Origin: a virus
Virus record (IMG/VR): IMGVR_UViG_3300035183_001040
Location: 1-64,000 of that record
DNA length: 64,000 bases
Strand: one strand, 5' to 3'
Positions 46,460-55,484 of this stretch are shown piece by piece. A program made the position numbers and the translations under genes. Below the pieces are notes generated by a model. That model made no database searches, was not told the DNA's origin, and was given only the letters and a program-made list of their open reading frames with translations. Numbering within the stretch: the first letter of the stretch is position 1; every line of letters begins with the position of its first letter.

Positions 46460-47037
46460 TATCCGTTCGGGTCTCCTGCGCGGGTGCGGTCGTCATGGGC
46501 GCGGCGCAAGTCGATCCACCATTGAAACTGGGTCGGGTTGTAGTTCGGAACGCCCGTCGGAATGAACCTGCGCCGAACGCCGTCCGAGTCCGGGCGCACG
46601 AACTCGATCTCGTAGTAGAACTCCGTATCCGAGCTGACAGGTGTACCGTCGTTGTCTCGGCCGACAAGCTGGTCTTCGGTGTAGCGGGGGCTGATTTCCG
46701 AGATGCGCACCTGCCCGACCTCCTCCATGCCTATGGGGAGAAGCTCCTGGGACAGGTTCGCAAGGTCGCTGACGCGAGGGGTGGGCAGGATGGGCGTTTC
46801 GCACACGACCTCCTCGACGCCGACGCCTCGCATGCCGCCAGTCCAGCGGGTCCTAACCATGCGCACACGGTACGGGCGAGCACCGAGCTGGGTGTAGATG
46901 TCGCGCACGCTGTCTACGGTGTCGGTCAACGACGCGATGAGCGTTTCTCGTATCTGCGCCTGGTCAAGGACGGTGAAGCGCGCCGAGCACCCGCACGCTC
47001 CGCTCACCGCGCCGCAGAAGCTGCACGAGTCGGCCAT
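46459..47037 (-). CDS. Head closure/neck protein
   Basis: Position and beta-rich composition. Confidence 0.55.
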   Translation of the reverse strand: MADSCSFCGAVSGACGCSARFTVLDQAQIRETLIASLTDTVDSVRDIYTQLGARPYRVRMVRTRWTGGMRGVGVEEVVCETPILPTPRVSDLANLSQELLPIGMEEVGQVRISEISPRYTEDQLVGRDNDGTPVSSDTEFYYEIEFVRPDSDGVRRRFIPTGVPNYNPTQFQWWIDLRRAHDDRTRAGDPNG

Positions 47038-47043
47038 CCTCCG

Positions 47044-47469
47044 CTACCCCGAGGTGACTGGAACGTTGGTTACGCCGAAGCTCGGGCGAAAGCGGGCGCT
47101 GTAGGGGTAGAGCGGGACGCCGAAGATGTCCGCCAAGCGCTTTGCCCATCTCACATACTCGCGTTCGAGAAGGTCCGGGTACGTCTCGCCCTGTTTGGAA
47201 CCACGAAGGGTCAAGTCGCCAAGCTTCTCAGCGGCAAGCTGCGCCGGCGCACGTTTGAGCAAGCACTCGAGGTTGTCGAGATGGTCAAGGATGCTGACGA
47301 CGCGCGCGATTGCGTCCGCGTCGACCAGCAGGTTCATGGCCTGTTCGAGCAGGAAGACGGTCTGCACGGGGCGCGGGATGCCGAACTGCACAGACCCCGC
47401 GAACGAGACTTCCATGTAGCCGGTGTGGTACCGGATTCGTTCCCTGTCCTTGCTCGTGAGGGCTGCCAT
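47044..47469 (-). CDS. Head-tail adaptor
   Basis: ALT..DRERIRYHTGY; helical; position. Confidence 0.6.
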   Translation of the reverse strand: MAALTSKDRERIRYHTGYMEVSFAGSVQFGIPRPVQTVFLLEQAMNLLVDADAIARVVSILDHLDNLECLLKRAPAQLAAEKLGDLTLRGSKQGETYPDLLEREYVRWAKRLADIFGVPLYPYSARFRPSFGVTNVPVTSG

Positions 47470-47493
47470 GAGGGGGCGAAGAGCGGGTCTGCG

Positions 47494-47886
47494 TTAGTCT
47501 GGCACCTCTTCGAGGGCGACGCCCGCGATTTTCATCTTCTCGATGGCTCCCGAGCCGTACAAGGAGTCGCTCACGATGGCGCCTGCGCCGAGTTGAATCA
47601 TGCTCGCGCCCCAACTGATCGTTGTTGAGACCTTCACGCGGTACTTCTTCGCGGTCGCGGACTCCGCGGCTGCGGCCATCTTGCCAGGCGGCGGAAGGAC
47701 GGGTTCGACGGCCAGCTCGGCTTTCTTTTCTTGCGCGTCGTCGTCTCCGACCTTCTGCGGCGCAGCGCTGGGCTTCTGCGGCAGCGAGGAAGGCGGAGGC
47801 GCCTCGGGATTGTCATCCTGCGTGAGCGCCAAGGGGACGTCGAGCTTTGCAGATTCGAGCGGGTCTACGGATTTCTTCGAGGCCAT
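47494..47886 (-). CDS. Hypothetical protein (disordered N-terminus, small C-terminal domain)
   Basis: 130 aa, GGAG RBS. Confidence 0.6.
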   Translation of the reverse strand: MASKKSVDPLESAKLDVPLALTQDDNPEAPPPSSLPQKPSAAPQKVGDDDAQEKKAELAVEPVLPPPGKMAAAAESATAKKYRVKVSTTISWGASMIQLGAGAIVSDSLYGSGAIEKMKIAGVALEEVPD

Positions 47887-47894
47887 CTTGCTCT

Positions 47895-48550
47895 CCGTGG
47901 GACGGGGAAAAGTAGCGGCGACGCCGACCGCGGTTCAAACCAGGCTAAAAGCCCAAGGTTTACGAGCAGGGCTAGGCTCGATGCTGGGCGAAACCGCGGT
48001 CGGCGTCAGACGTGACCAGGCGCACCGAAACGGGCGAACCGTATCGGAAGCGGTGGTGCGTCCTTGGCACGGAGGCCTTCCGAAGAAGGCTCGCAGCCAT
48101 GCCGCCGAAAGCGGCCGCGGTTCCATGGCCCGAAGGCCAGGGTTTGCGACCGCTTACGGTACCGAGCCGCGAAACGCGAGGTTTCGCGCGAGGCTCTGCC
48201 GAAAAGACCTCGACCGAAGAGGTCTTCGGCGAATGCGCCCGGCACCTACAACCCGGCGGCTGGCAAGTGCTCACGGCCGAGGCCGAAAGCGAGCCGCAGG
48301 GGTGGCAGAGAGCACCTTTGCCGAGGTGCTCTGAAGGTTGGCGCGAAGAAGCCAAACCACTGCCGAAAAAAGCACTGACGGCAACAGGAGCACGTTGCCG
48401 CGTGCAAGGCCGCCCGAACGAATCGGAGCAGCCCCGGCGCAAACCGGCCGAGTCGAACGGCCAGGTCCGCAGGAAAAGAGCAGACCCCCGCGCAGCCCTC
48501 TGAGGAGAGGAGGAAGCTGAACTCGAAGGCTGCGCGGGAGTCTGCGCCAT
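47895..48550 (-). ncRNA. Large structured non-coding region downstream of the major capsid gene
   Basis: More than a dozen consecutive stems incl. 21-bp (48480-48500/48525-48545) and 16-bp (47920-47935/47992-48007); cUUCGg loops and G-U pairs on the minus strand; overlapping ORFs are not protein-like. Confidence 0.6.
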
Positions 48551-48555
48551 CGTGG

Positions 48556-49965
48556 TCACTCGCCGTGCTCGATGACGGCGAAGCGCTTGTAGCGGGCAAC
48601 ACCGCCCGTCGCACCGTCGGTGCGCAAGGGCCAGTCGCCGATGAACTTCCACGCCGTCGACACCATGTCCTGCAGGCGGTTGAGCGGTGCGCGGATGATG
48701 AGTTGAATGCGGTCGCTCATCACCTCGATGCCGTTGTTGACGATGTGCGGGTCCCCGACCTTGCCGAGCAACCCTGCTTCCGTGAGCAGGTTGGACAGGT
48801 CGGAGTAGTACTCGTAGATGCCGCCCTGCGCCGTGAACAGGATGCGGTGCACCTTGACGTTGTTCACGTTGTAGAGTTCGCCCGCGAACGGGTCGCGCTT
48901 GTCGAAGACCTGCGTTGCGTTGCTGCCGCCGTCTCCGACCACCGTACCGGCGCCGCCGACCGGGGCTCGGCTGTTGCGGAAGAAGACGGTGTTGAGAAGC
49001 TCGCCGATCGCGAACTTCTTGTACATGTAGTAGTCGGGCAGCGCGGTGAGCAGACGCTGGAACTCGTTGTCCTGGTATATCTTCGCCTGCGAGACCGGGT
49101 CGAGGTGCGCGTGGAAGCGTCCGTCTGGGTGCTCGGGCACGTTCTGTTGCCAGAAGTACGACACCGCGGCTCGAATGTCCGCGAGCGTTGGCAACGAGGA
49201 GCTCAAGATGGTGTCGATGCTGTTGCCACCGCTGACGCGGAAAATCTCCGTCCGGTCGACGGAGAAGACGTAGGCGCGGTCCGCGACGGTGACGGCAGCG
49301 TCGAGCGTGAGCGTTCCCGGCCCCGTCTCGTCTCCGGGCGTGTCCGGCGTGAAGCCGATGACGTTGCGCGTCACATCGTTGCCGCCCGAGAACGTGTGGA
49401 TGAGCAGCGGGTTGGTCGAGGAGACGAAATCGTACTGAACCGGCGAGCCGCCTGCGAGGTTCGGGTTGCGCGCGCGCGTGAAGCCGTTGAGGCGCTTGAC
49501 GCGAAGCGTGGTTGTGGCGGCTTGCGCACCGTCCGCCACCGTCCAGCCGCTCAGCGCTGCGTTGTACATCTGGTCTCGGACCTTGGTGTCGAGCGCGAGC
49601 GCGGCCATGAGGCCGAGTTGGTGGCAGTTGCGCAGGAACAGGTTCGCGATCGCCACCATGCTGGTCGGCATGTGCGTGTCGATCGCGCCGGCGTACTGCT
49701 GAAGCTGCGCGGTCCACTGCTCCTGCGGGAACGACGCGACGGCGGGCTCGTCGCCGGGTTTGAGCGGCGAGGCATCGACGGTCATGAGACCGGCGGCGGT
49801 GAACACCATGGTGTCACCGACACCTGCCGGCCACGGCTGCGGGGTTGCCTCGCCCCGGAACAGAATGCGCGGAAACAGCGCATCGTGGAACGCGCGCTCC
49901 AGGATGTTCTGCTGAACCAGCGCACGAATCTGAGGCGCTTGGAGAATGACGGAAAAGTCGGGCAT
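48556..49965 (-). CDS. Major capsid protein
   Basis: 469 aa after scaffold; GDTMVF, EQW..QLQQY, LGLMAALALD, FHAHLDP, PLNRLQ..STAWK. Confidence 0.85.
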   Translation of the reverse strand: MPDFSVILQAPQIRALVQQNILERAFHDALFPRILFRGEATPQPWPAGVGDTMVFTAAGLMTVDASPLKPGDEPAVASFPQEQWTAQLQQYAGAIDTHMPTSMVAIANLFLRNCHQLGLMAALALDTKVRDQMYNAALSGWTVADGAQAATTTLRVKRLNGFTRARNPNLAGGSPVQYDFVSSTNPLLIHTFSGGNDVTRNVIGFTPDTPGDETGPGTLTLDAAVTVADRAYVFSVDRTEIFRVSGGNSIDTILSSSLPTLADIRAAVSYFWQQNVPEHPDGRFHAHLDPVSQAKIYQDNEFQRLLTALPDYYMYKKFAIGELLNTVFFRNSRAPVGGAGTVVGDGGSNATQVFDKRDPFAGELYNVNNVKVHRILFTAQGGIYEYYSDLSNLLTEAGLLGKVGDPHIVNNGIEVMSDRIQLIIRAPLNRLQDMVSTAWKFIGDWPLRTDGATGGVARYKRFAVIEHGE

Positions 49966-50030
49966 GGGTTGCGATCCTTCGTCCTAGTTGCTGCTTGGGT
50001 TACACGAAGAATAGCAGACTTGCGCGACGG

Positions 50031-50885
50031 TCAACGCGGGATTGTAGCAACGTCGGGCAGTTGAAGCCCCATGTTTGCGAGGAGCTTGTGGAACTCCTCG
50101 GCCGGCATCTTGGTTGCGTCGAGCGTCCCGTTGCTTGCCCCGTCGCGCGTCACCTTTTCGGGCTTCGGTGCGGGGGGCAAGCCACCTGCCTCTTCGGGTT
50201 TGGAAGCGGTCGTCGCCGGCTGCTCCCGAATCTCGTAGAGGTAGGGGTGGGTTTTGCGCAGCTCGGTGCGGAAGAATTGCTCCTCGTCGAAGGCTCGGAG
50301 TTCCTCTTCCGTCTTGCCGCGCATCATTCGGCGCAAGAGCTCCACGGCGTAGTCGACATCCTGCACGCCACACTTGACCGCGGCAAGGCGCAGCTCGGCC
50401 TCTGCTTCCTTCGCGTCCAGGTGTGACTGCAGTTGTGCGGCTCGCTTCTCCGCCTTCGCCCTCGCCGAGCGCTCCTTGCGAAGTTTGTCGTCGAGGTCCT
50501 GCAACTGCCGTTGCAGGCGTTGGAGCTCACGACTCGAAGCATGAGCCTGGCCGTTGCGTTGCGGCTGTTGAGGAGCCGAGCGCTTCGGCTGGTTACCGGC
50601 TTGCTTCGGTTGCTGCTTGATGCTCATGGCGGCTTTGCGAAGCAGGTCCTCGTGCGAAGCGAACCCCAAGGCTTTCGCCTTTTCGTCAAGCTCGCGCAAG
50701 AACTGCTTCTTGCCTCGTTCCCTCTCCTCGGTCTTGATTCGCGCCATCGAAGATGTCGGAATCGAGATCACCTTCGCACCGCCGTTCTTCTGTGAAGAGC
50801 CGGAGTGCTTTGGTTGATCCTGCTGAGAAGAGGATGGTTGCTGAGATGCCGTGCTTACCGTCTCGGTTGTCTGCTCGTTGTCCAT
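50031..50885 (-). CDS. Capsid scaffolding protein
   Basis: Coiled coil, GVQDVDYA, LRKTHPYLY, TKMPAEEF. Confidence 0.8.
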   Translation of the reverse strand: MDNEQTTETVSTASQQPSSSQQDQPKHSGSSQKNGGAKVISIPTSSMARIKTEERERGKKQFLRELDEKAKALGFASHEDLLRKAAMSIKQQPKQAGNQPKRSAPQQPQRNGQAHASSRELQRLQRQLQDLDDKLRKERSARAKAEKRAAQLQSHLDAKEAEAELRLAAVKCGVQDVDYAVELLRRMMRGKTEEELRAFDEEQFFRTELRKTHPYLYEIREQPATTASKPEEAGGLPPAPKPEKVTRDGASNGTLDATKMPAEEFHKLLANMGLQLPDVATIPR

Positions 50886-50889
50886 CGCC

Positions 50890-51075
50890 GATTTTTCTCT
50901 CTTCGCGCGTCTCCGTCTCGGTCTACCGACTGTTTTACCGCCGTCGTTGCGCGTTTGCAGGACGACAGATCAGCGGAAGCTGAGCGAATACTCGTTGATG
51001 GCTGTGGGAAAAGGAAGGTTCTGAAGAACCCAGACAGGCTTGACCACCCCGGCCCATTCCGGGGTTTGGGTCAAG
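50890..51075 (-). promoter_or_regulatory. Structured leader upstream of scaffold gene
   Basis: CTTGACC/GGTCAAG stem, GGTTCT/AGAACC hairpin + pyrimidine tract, CGAC-GGCGGTAAAACA-GTCG hairpin near the RBS. Confidence 0.45.
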
Positions 51076-51547
51076 AGCTGGGCGCAAACTCGCTCGTCAC
51101 CGGCACGGCGCCACGCGGGGTGTAGTGCAGTTCGAAGCCGGTGATGGTGGTGGGGAAGGTGAGCACCTTCCCGTCGTCGGACAGTTTGGCGAGCCCCACA
51201 CTGGACCCGCCCGAGGGCGAAAGCGGCGTCGAGCCCGCGTCGCCGACGACGTACGAGCCGACGGTCGCGGGCGTGCCCGATGTCGTGCAGCGCAAAGTCA
51301 GCACGGAGCCGATCGGGGGCAGGTTCTCGCCCGTGTCGAGGTCGATGCCGGAGATGACCGCGGCCGCCTTCACTGCCGCGCTTGTGATGTCCGGGGTTGC
51401 GGTCGCTGTGAGACCCGACACGACGACCTTGACCACGGCGTTCTGCGCGCCTGCCTTGAGCATCTGGAACGCGCGCGGCATGCGGTTGATGTCGCCGCTG
51501 TTGAGAACACGCTGAATGGATTCGGTTTTGGTTGCGGTTACGGCCAT
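51071..51547 (-). CDS. Putative virion structural protein
   Basis: 158 aa, Ala/Thr/Val-rich. Confidence 0.6.
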   Translation of the reverse strand: MAVTATKTESIQRVLNSGDINRMPRAFQMLKAGAQNAVVKVVVSGLTATATPDITSAAVKAAAVISGIDLDTGENLPPIGSVLTLRCTTSGTPATVGSYVVGDAGSTPLSPSGGSSVGLAKLSDDGKVLTFPTTITGFELHYTPRGAVPVTSEFAPSS

Positions 51548-51575
51548 TGTTTCCTTCTCCGGGGGCTCTCTTCTC

Positions 51576-51974
51576 TTACGGGCCCATGTCGCCCAAGAGC
51601 ACCTTGACTGTGGTGAGGGTAGCAGGAGTTCTCGTCACGTCAACTGCTGTGATGGGCGTAGAAGTCGAAATCACGATGAGCAACGGGTCTGCGGGAACGC
51701 TTTGTACGGCGCCGTCGATCGTCGTGATGCGTAGTCGGACCTTGCCTCCGACTGCGCGCACCTGGAGCACGTGGGCGGCTTTGATTGCGTCGTTTGGACC
51801 GCCGACTGGCAGCGTAACAGGAGCGTCGGCGGTAAGGGTGTACTCGACCTCCAGTTTGCGCGCGAGCAGTACGGACTCTTGGACCGGGGCAGTGAACGTC
51901 GGATCGAACGACTGCACGCCGAACTCGGCCGGGTCTACGGTCCAAGCTCCCGCGAGCGTGTAGAGGCTGGCCAT
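51576..51974 (-). CDS. Putative virion structural protein
   Basis: 132 aa, beta-rich. Confidence 0.6.
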   Translation of the reverse strand: MASLYTLAGAWTVDPAEFGVQSFDPTFTAPVQESVLLARKLEVEYTLTADAPVTLPVGGPNDAIKAAHVLQVRAVGGKVRLRITTIDGAVQSVPADPLLIVISTSTPITAVDVTRTPATLTTVKVLLGDMGP

Positions 51975-52012
51975 CGCGCGTTACACCGAAGACGCTGCGC
52001 GTCGCGCTGACG

Positions 52013-52210
52013 TCAGCGCTGCCCGGTCGCGGCGCTGAGGTTCTTGAAGGGGTTCTTGTCGGGGGCCTTTGGCATCTGCGCCTGCGGGTAGTGCAACTCC
52101 ACGGCGAGCGCGCCCTGAATCGGGTCGTTGTAGGTGCCGGTTTGGGCCTTGATCGCATCCATCGGATCTTGGAATTGCGCGTCTTGGCCGATCTTGCTCA
52201 CGTCGATCAT
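52013..52210 (-). CDS. Small protein with C-terminal PFKNL motif
   Basis: 65 aa, AAGGA RBS. Confidence 0.6.
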   Translation of the reverse strand: MIDVSKIGQDAQFQDPMDAIKAQTGTYNDPIQGALAVELHYPQAQMPKAPDKNPFKNLSAATGQR

Positions 52211-52230
52211 CGGAGGGGTTCCTTTCTTCT

Positions 52231-52425
52231 TCAGGGCGCGAGGTCTTGGTTGTGGAGGTTTCGGAAGGGCGTGACCGTGCTCGTTGCCTGCGCGAGCTTG
52301 GCCTTGGTGCGTACCTGGGCGAGTTCGTCTGCGTACACGCCGAACTCGTAGTCGTAGCAGCGTGCGGGGTCGAAGTCGGGCTTCCCTTGCCCGACCGAGG
52401 CGGCGATCTGGTTGTTCTTCGTCAT
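52231..52425 (-). CDS. Small protein with C-terminal PFRNL motif
   Basis: 64 aa, GAGG RBS. Confidence 0.6.
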   Translation of the reverse strand: MTKNNQIAASVGQGKPDFDPARCYDYEFGVYADELAQVRTKAKLAQATSTVTPFRNLHNQDLAP

Positions 52426-52438
52426 GGTGTGGCCTCTC

Positions 52439-52699
52439 TCACTGGTTGTACTTGCCTCGGAGGTTGGTCAAGGGGCGAGGTTCGTGCGGCGGACGAGGTT
52501 TGAGGGCGGCCGAAGGAGGCGGAAGGGCTGCGGCTGCCTCGTCTGCGTAAACACCGCCGGAGACTGCCTTCGGGGCGCCGGCCGCGTGGTCGTAGGGCAA
52601 GTCTTCGGGGAACGAGGCGGGCGCAGTGCCCTTGTCCTCCGCAATCGAACGGAGGGTGCGAGGTTGAGCTGCGGGGCGAACTCCCTTGTGTCTGTCCAT
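52439..52699 (-). CDS. Small protein with C-terminal PLTNL motif
   Basis: 86 aa, GAGGA RBS. Confidence 0.6.
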   Translation of the reverse strand: MDRHKGVRPAAQPRTLRSIAEDKGTAPASFPEDLPYDHAAGAPKAVSGGVYADEAAAALPPPSAALKPRPPHEPRPLTNLRGKYNQ

Positions 52700-52702
52700 G
52701 GG

Positions 52703-53095
52703 TCACTTCCTCTTTGGCTTGTAGCCTTGTGCCTTCATCCAGTGCGCCAGCGCCCAGGGGTTGTCGACGTCTGACTCCTTCTTCAGCGACTTTACCACGC
52801 GCTCCCAACCTGCGCCTGACGGAGTTGCGTTGTGCATGTCGGAATAAGGCCCTGGAACCACCGGGCCTTTGGGCGGGCGGTGGTCGACGAGACGCTCGAC
52901 GGGGCTTGCGCCCGAATCGTTGAAGCGCCGCTCGGGCAAGTCGCTCCAGCCACGGTTTCCTCGGGCACGCCCCTCCGGCGAATCGCCAGCTACGGTAACC
53001 GCGCCGAACTTGTTCGAGCCGTGAAAGTCCGACTCGCGCAGCGGCACGGGCCGAGGCGTGTCGAGAGGTACCGTGTAGAAGTTCTCCTTGGCCAT
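52703..53095 (-). CDS. Hypothetical protein
   Basis: MAKENF start; C-terminal WERVVKSLKK..DVDNPWALAHWMK. Confidence 0.55.
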   Translation of the reverse strand: MAKENFYTVPLDTPRPVPLRESDFHGSNKFGAVTVAGDSPEGRARGNRGWSDLPERRFNDSGASPVERLVDHRPPKGPVVPGPYSDMHNATPSGAGWERVVKSLKKESDVDNPWALAHWMKAQGYKPKRK

Positions 53096-53139
53096 GAGCC
53101 AAATCGTACGGCTGAAGGGCGCTCGGCGCAAAGGGGAAA

Positions 53140-53745
53140 TCAATCCTCGTCCGCGCCGCCGTAGTCGTAGTCGTCGAACTCGTCGAGGTCGCTGCCCTCG
53201 ACATCTTCCTCGTCCTCCTCGTCTTCGAGGTCGAGGTCCTTTGCTACGGCCGCCGCGCGCACGATCCACCCCGCGAGCAGGTCGGGGTCGGCGTCCTCGA
53301 TGTACCCCTCGCCTTGGAGGTGCGTGGCGAGTTTGTACGCTGAGTCCATGTCGATTGGCGCGAGCTCGCCAAGCTCCTGGACAAGCTCGGTGTCGAGCTC
53401 CTTCACGCCCGACTCGAACAGTTTTTGCTCGGCCTCGTCGAGCTCGACGTGCGGGTCCTCGAGCGCTTCTCGACTCGCCTCGTCGAGGCAGTAGCCGATG
53501 TCCTCGGCGTGCTTTTCGAGGAGGCGAATGAGAGCGCTGTACTTTCCCTCGCCGCCTTCCTTGAAGTCGTCGTCCTTCGTGGCTTGGTTGCCCCCGCCCT
53601 TCTTCGGCGGAGCGGAACTGCCTTTCTTCCCCGCTTCCTTTGTCGCAGCAGCCTGCTTTCCGGTGGCCTTCTGCGGAGGCGGTTCCACCAACTTCTGCGG
53701 GCCAGTGCCTTTGCTCGCGAACGCCTTGAGTTTCGTCGTGTCCAT
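53140..53745 (-). CDS. Hypothetical protein with basic N-terminus and acidic C-terminus
   Basis: 201 aa. Confidence 0.65.
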   Translation of the reverse strand: MDTTKLKAFASKGTGPQKLVEPPPQKATGKQAAATKEAGKKGSSAPPKKGGGNQATKDDDFKEGGEGKYSALIRLLEKHAEDIGYCLDEASREALEDPHVELDEAEQKLFESGVKELDTELVQELGELAPIDMDSAYKLATHLQGEGYIEDADPDLLAGWIVRAAAVAKDLDLEDEEDEEDVEGSDLDEFDDYDYGGADED

Positions 53746-53775
53746 CCTGTGCGTGCCTTTCTCCCTTGGAGCGTA

Positions 53776-54747
53776 TCAGTCCTCCGGTTCTACGTCGCCA
53801 AGTAGTTCGTGCCGCTTGCGCCTGCCGCGCGGCGGTGTGAGCCACCTGCGCGTCCTGCCCGTCCAAACCCATCCAGGGATCCCCCAGCCCGGCGCCCAGG
53901 GCGTGAGCACGGCGCGGTCGTTGGGGCGGTTGGGCGGGTGGTACCAGGTCTTGCCGATCATGCCCTCCCAAACGCGCGTGTTCGGAGGCATGATGAACTT
54001 GCCGCCCAAGGGTGCAAGCTGCGCGTGCAGTTCCATACTGTCGTCGGCAACCTTGTCGTCGAGCGGGTTGCCGTCAAGATCAATCTTTTCGGTCCAGCGC
54101 TGCATGAGCCCGGGCACCGCGCGCGAAAGCGCGGCGAGCGCGACGGCCTGGGCAAGATTGAAGGCGTGCGCGGTTTCGGTGTTGGCCACGCGCTCAACGC
54201 GCCACCACTGCCCTTCGAGCGCGTCGTGCAAGTCGGTTACGAGGTCTTGCGCACCACCTTCCTCGGGCTGTGCCGTCGAGAGTGCTGCAACTTTTCGGGC
54301 GAGAAGTTCCTGCAGGCTCGCGTCAACCGCAGCGACCGCTGATGCAATCGACTGCGCGCGCTGCTCCTCGACGCGGCCTCTGTGCTCGCCGACGATTGCG
54401 CGCACGTAGGCAGGATCGTCAATGTAGGTTGGGACCGAAGGCGCGACTGCGCGAAGAAGAGCACCCAAGCTGTAGAGCGCATCGGTCATCGTGTCGCTCG
54501 ATGCGCGCCGCAGCTCTGCCCCGAGCTCCGTGCCGAGGTCGAGCAAATGGCTGCGCAGGGCCGCAGACAGCGCCTGTTGCAGCGCGGCAAAGTTCCCACG
54601 ACTTCGACGAGAAACGGAAACGAAGTCCGCCAGCATCCGACTCGTGCGCGCGTCCCAGAGAGTGCGCAGAGGGGTGCGGGCTTGCTGATCGATGGCGCGG
54701 TCGAGCGCTGCCTGGTGGCTCAGCACCGCGGTGTCAAGCCCGCGCAT
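53776..54747 (-). CDS. Minor head morphogenesis protein (Mu gpF/SPP1 gp7-like)
   Basis: RVERVANTETAHAFN, W...D...H...F, HPPNRPNDRAVLTP. Confidence 0.75.
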   Translation of the reverse strand: MRGLDTAVLSHQAALDRAIDQQARTPLRTLWDARTSRMLADFVSVSRRSRGNFAALQQALSAALRSHLLDLGTELGAELRRASSDTMTDALYSLGALLRAVAPSVPTYIDDPAYVRAIVGEHRGRVEEQRAQSIASAVAAVDASLQELLARKVAALSTAQPEEGGAQDLVTDLHDALEGQWWRVERVANTETAHAFNLAQAVALAALSRAVPGLMQRWTEKIDLDGNPLDDKVADDSMELHAQLAPLGGKFIMPPNTRVWEGMIGKTWYHPPNRPNDRAVLTPWAPGWGIPGWVWTGRTRRWLTPPRGRRKRHELLGDVEPED

Positions 54748-55060
54748 TGTCGCCCCTTCGTTGCGCCAGGCGCTCCTTGAGCCTGTACCTGAAGGCCCAC
54801 GTCCAGACGAGCAGTTTGAGCCCGCACCACGTCCCTGCAACCCACCAGGTCCAGAAGAGCCAGCAGGCGAGGCGGAGGGCGGTAGAGGGTTCGACGCTGA
54901 AGGAGGTCACGGTCTTTCTGCCTTGGTAGAAGTCGAGCGCGTCGCCGCGCGTGACAACCGCGAACTCCGCGCCGTCGGCGGACGGACGTCGGAACACGCG
55001 CCCTGCCCCAGGAATGCGCCGGGCTAGAACGCGCCGCGCCACTGCGCCGAGCCAAGGCAT
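54734..55060 (-). CDS. Trp-rich hypothetical protein
   Basis: WLFWTWWVAGTWCGLK. Confidence 0.5.
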   Translation of the reverse strand: MPWLGAVARRVLARRIPGAGRVFRRPSADGAEFAVVTRGDALDFYQGRKTVTSFSVEPSTALRLACWLFWTWWVAGTWCGLKLLVWTWAFRYRLKERLAQRRGDNARA

Positions 55061-55073
55061 CTCGCGCCCACAC

Positions 55074-55268
55074 CTACGGTTCGGGGTTGCTCGGGGGAAC
55101 GCCAACAGGCGCCTCGAACGGCACGAACACGCCGTCCTTGGTCCTCTTGAGCGTCAGAGCACGCTCGCGAAGCTCCTCGGGGAGAGAGGCAAACTCGGCC
55201 TCGGTTGGAGGCGACTGGTCGTCGGAGAGTTCGTACCACCTGCCTTGATACTGCGCGTACGGGGGCAT
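55074..55268 (-). CDS. Small protein, paralog of 55280-55483
   Basis: PYAQYQGRWYELSDDQSPPT...LP..LR.RA..L.RTK.G. Confidence 0.65.
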   Translation of the reverse strand: MPPYAQYQGRWYELSDDQSPPTEAEFASLPEELRERALTLKRTKDGVFVPFEAPVGVPPSNPEP

Positions 55269-55279
55269 TGCGACACCTC

Positions 55280-55483
55280 TCACACGTGAACAGGGCACCC
55301 GTCGATCGGCTCGTCGAACACCTTCCCGAGCACAAGCGCGCCGGTCTTGGTGCGAACGAGCGCCGAAGCGCGCGCGCGGAGTGCCGGAGGGAGTGCCTCG
55401 AGTTCTTCCTGCGTAGGCGGAGACTGATCGGCCGCGACCTCGTACCATTCGTTCTGGAACTTCACGTAGGGCATTTGAGTCAC
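55280..55483 (-). CDS. Small protein, paralog of 55074-55268
   Basis: PYVKFQNEWYEVAADQSPPT...LP..LR.RA..L.RTK.G. Confidence 0.65.
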   Translation of the reverse strand: MTQMPYVKFQNEWYEVAADQSPPTQEELEALPPALRARASALVRTKTGALVLGKVFDEPIDGCPVHV

Positions 55484-55484
55484 C

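Noticed and set aside
48164-48196. GAGCC...GGCTC hairpin resembling group II intron domain V
   Set aside because: Stem and bulge geometry are wrong, it is on the strand opposite the inferred RNA, and there is no intron boundary or maturase
47972-49717. 581-aa ORF spanning the capsid gene and the structured gap
   Set aside because: Off-frame shadow of the capsid gene in high-GC DNA; composition is not protein-like
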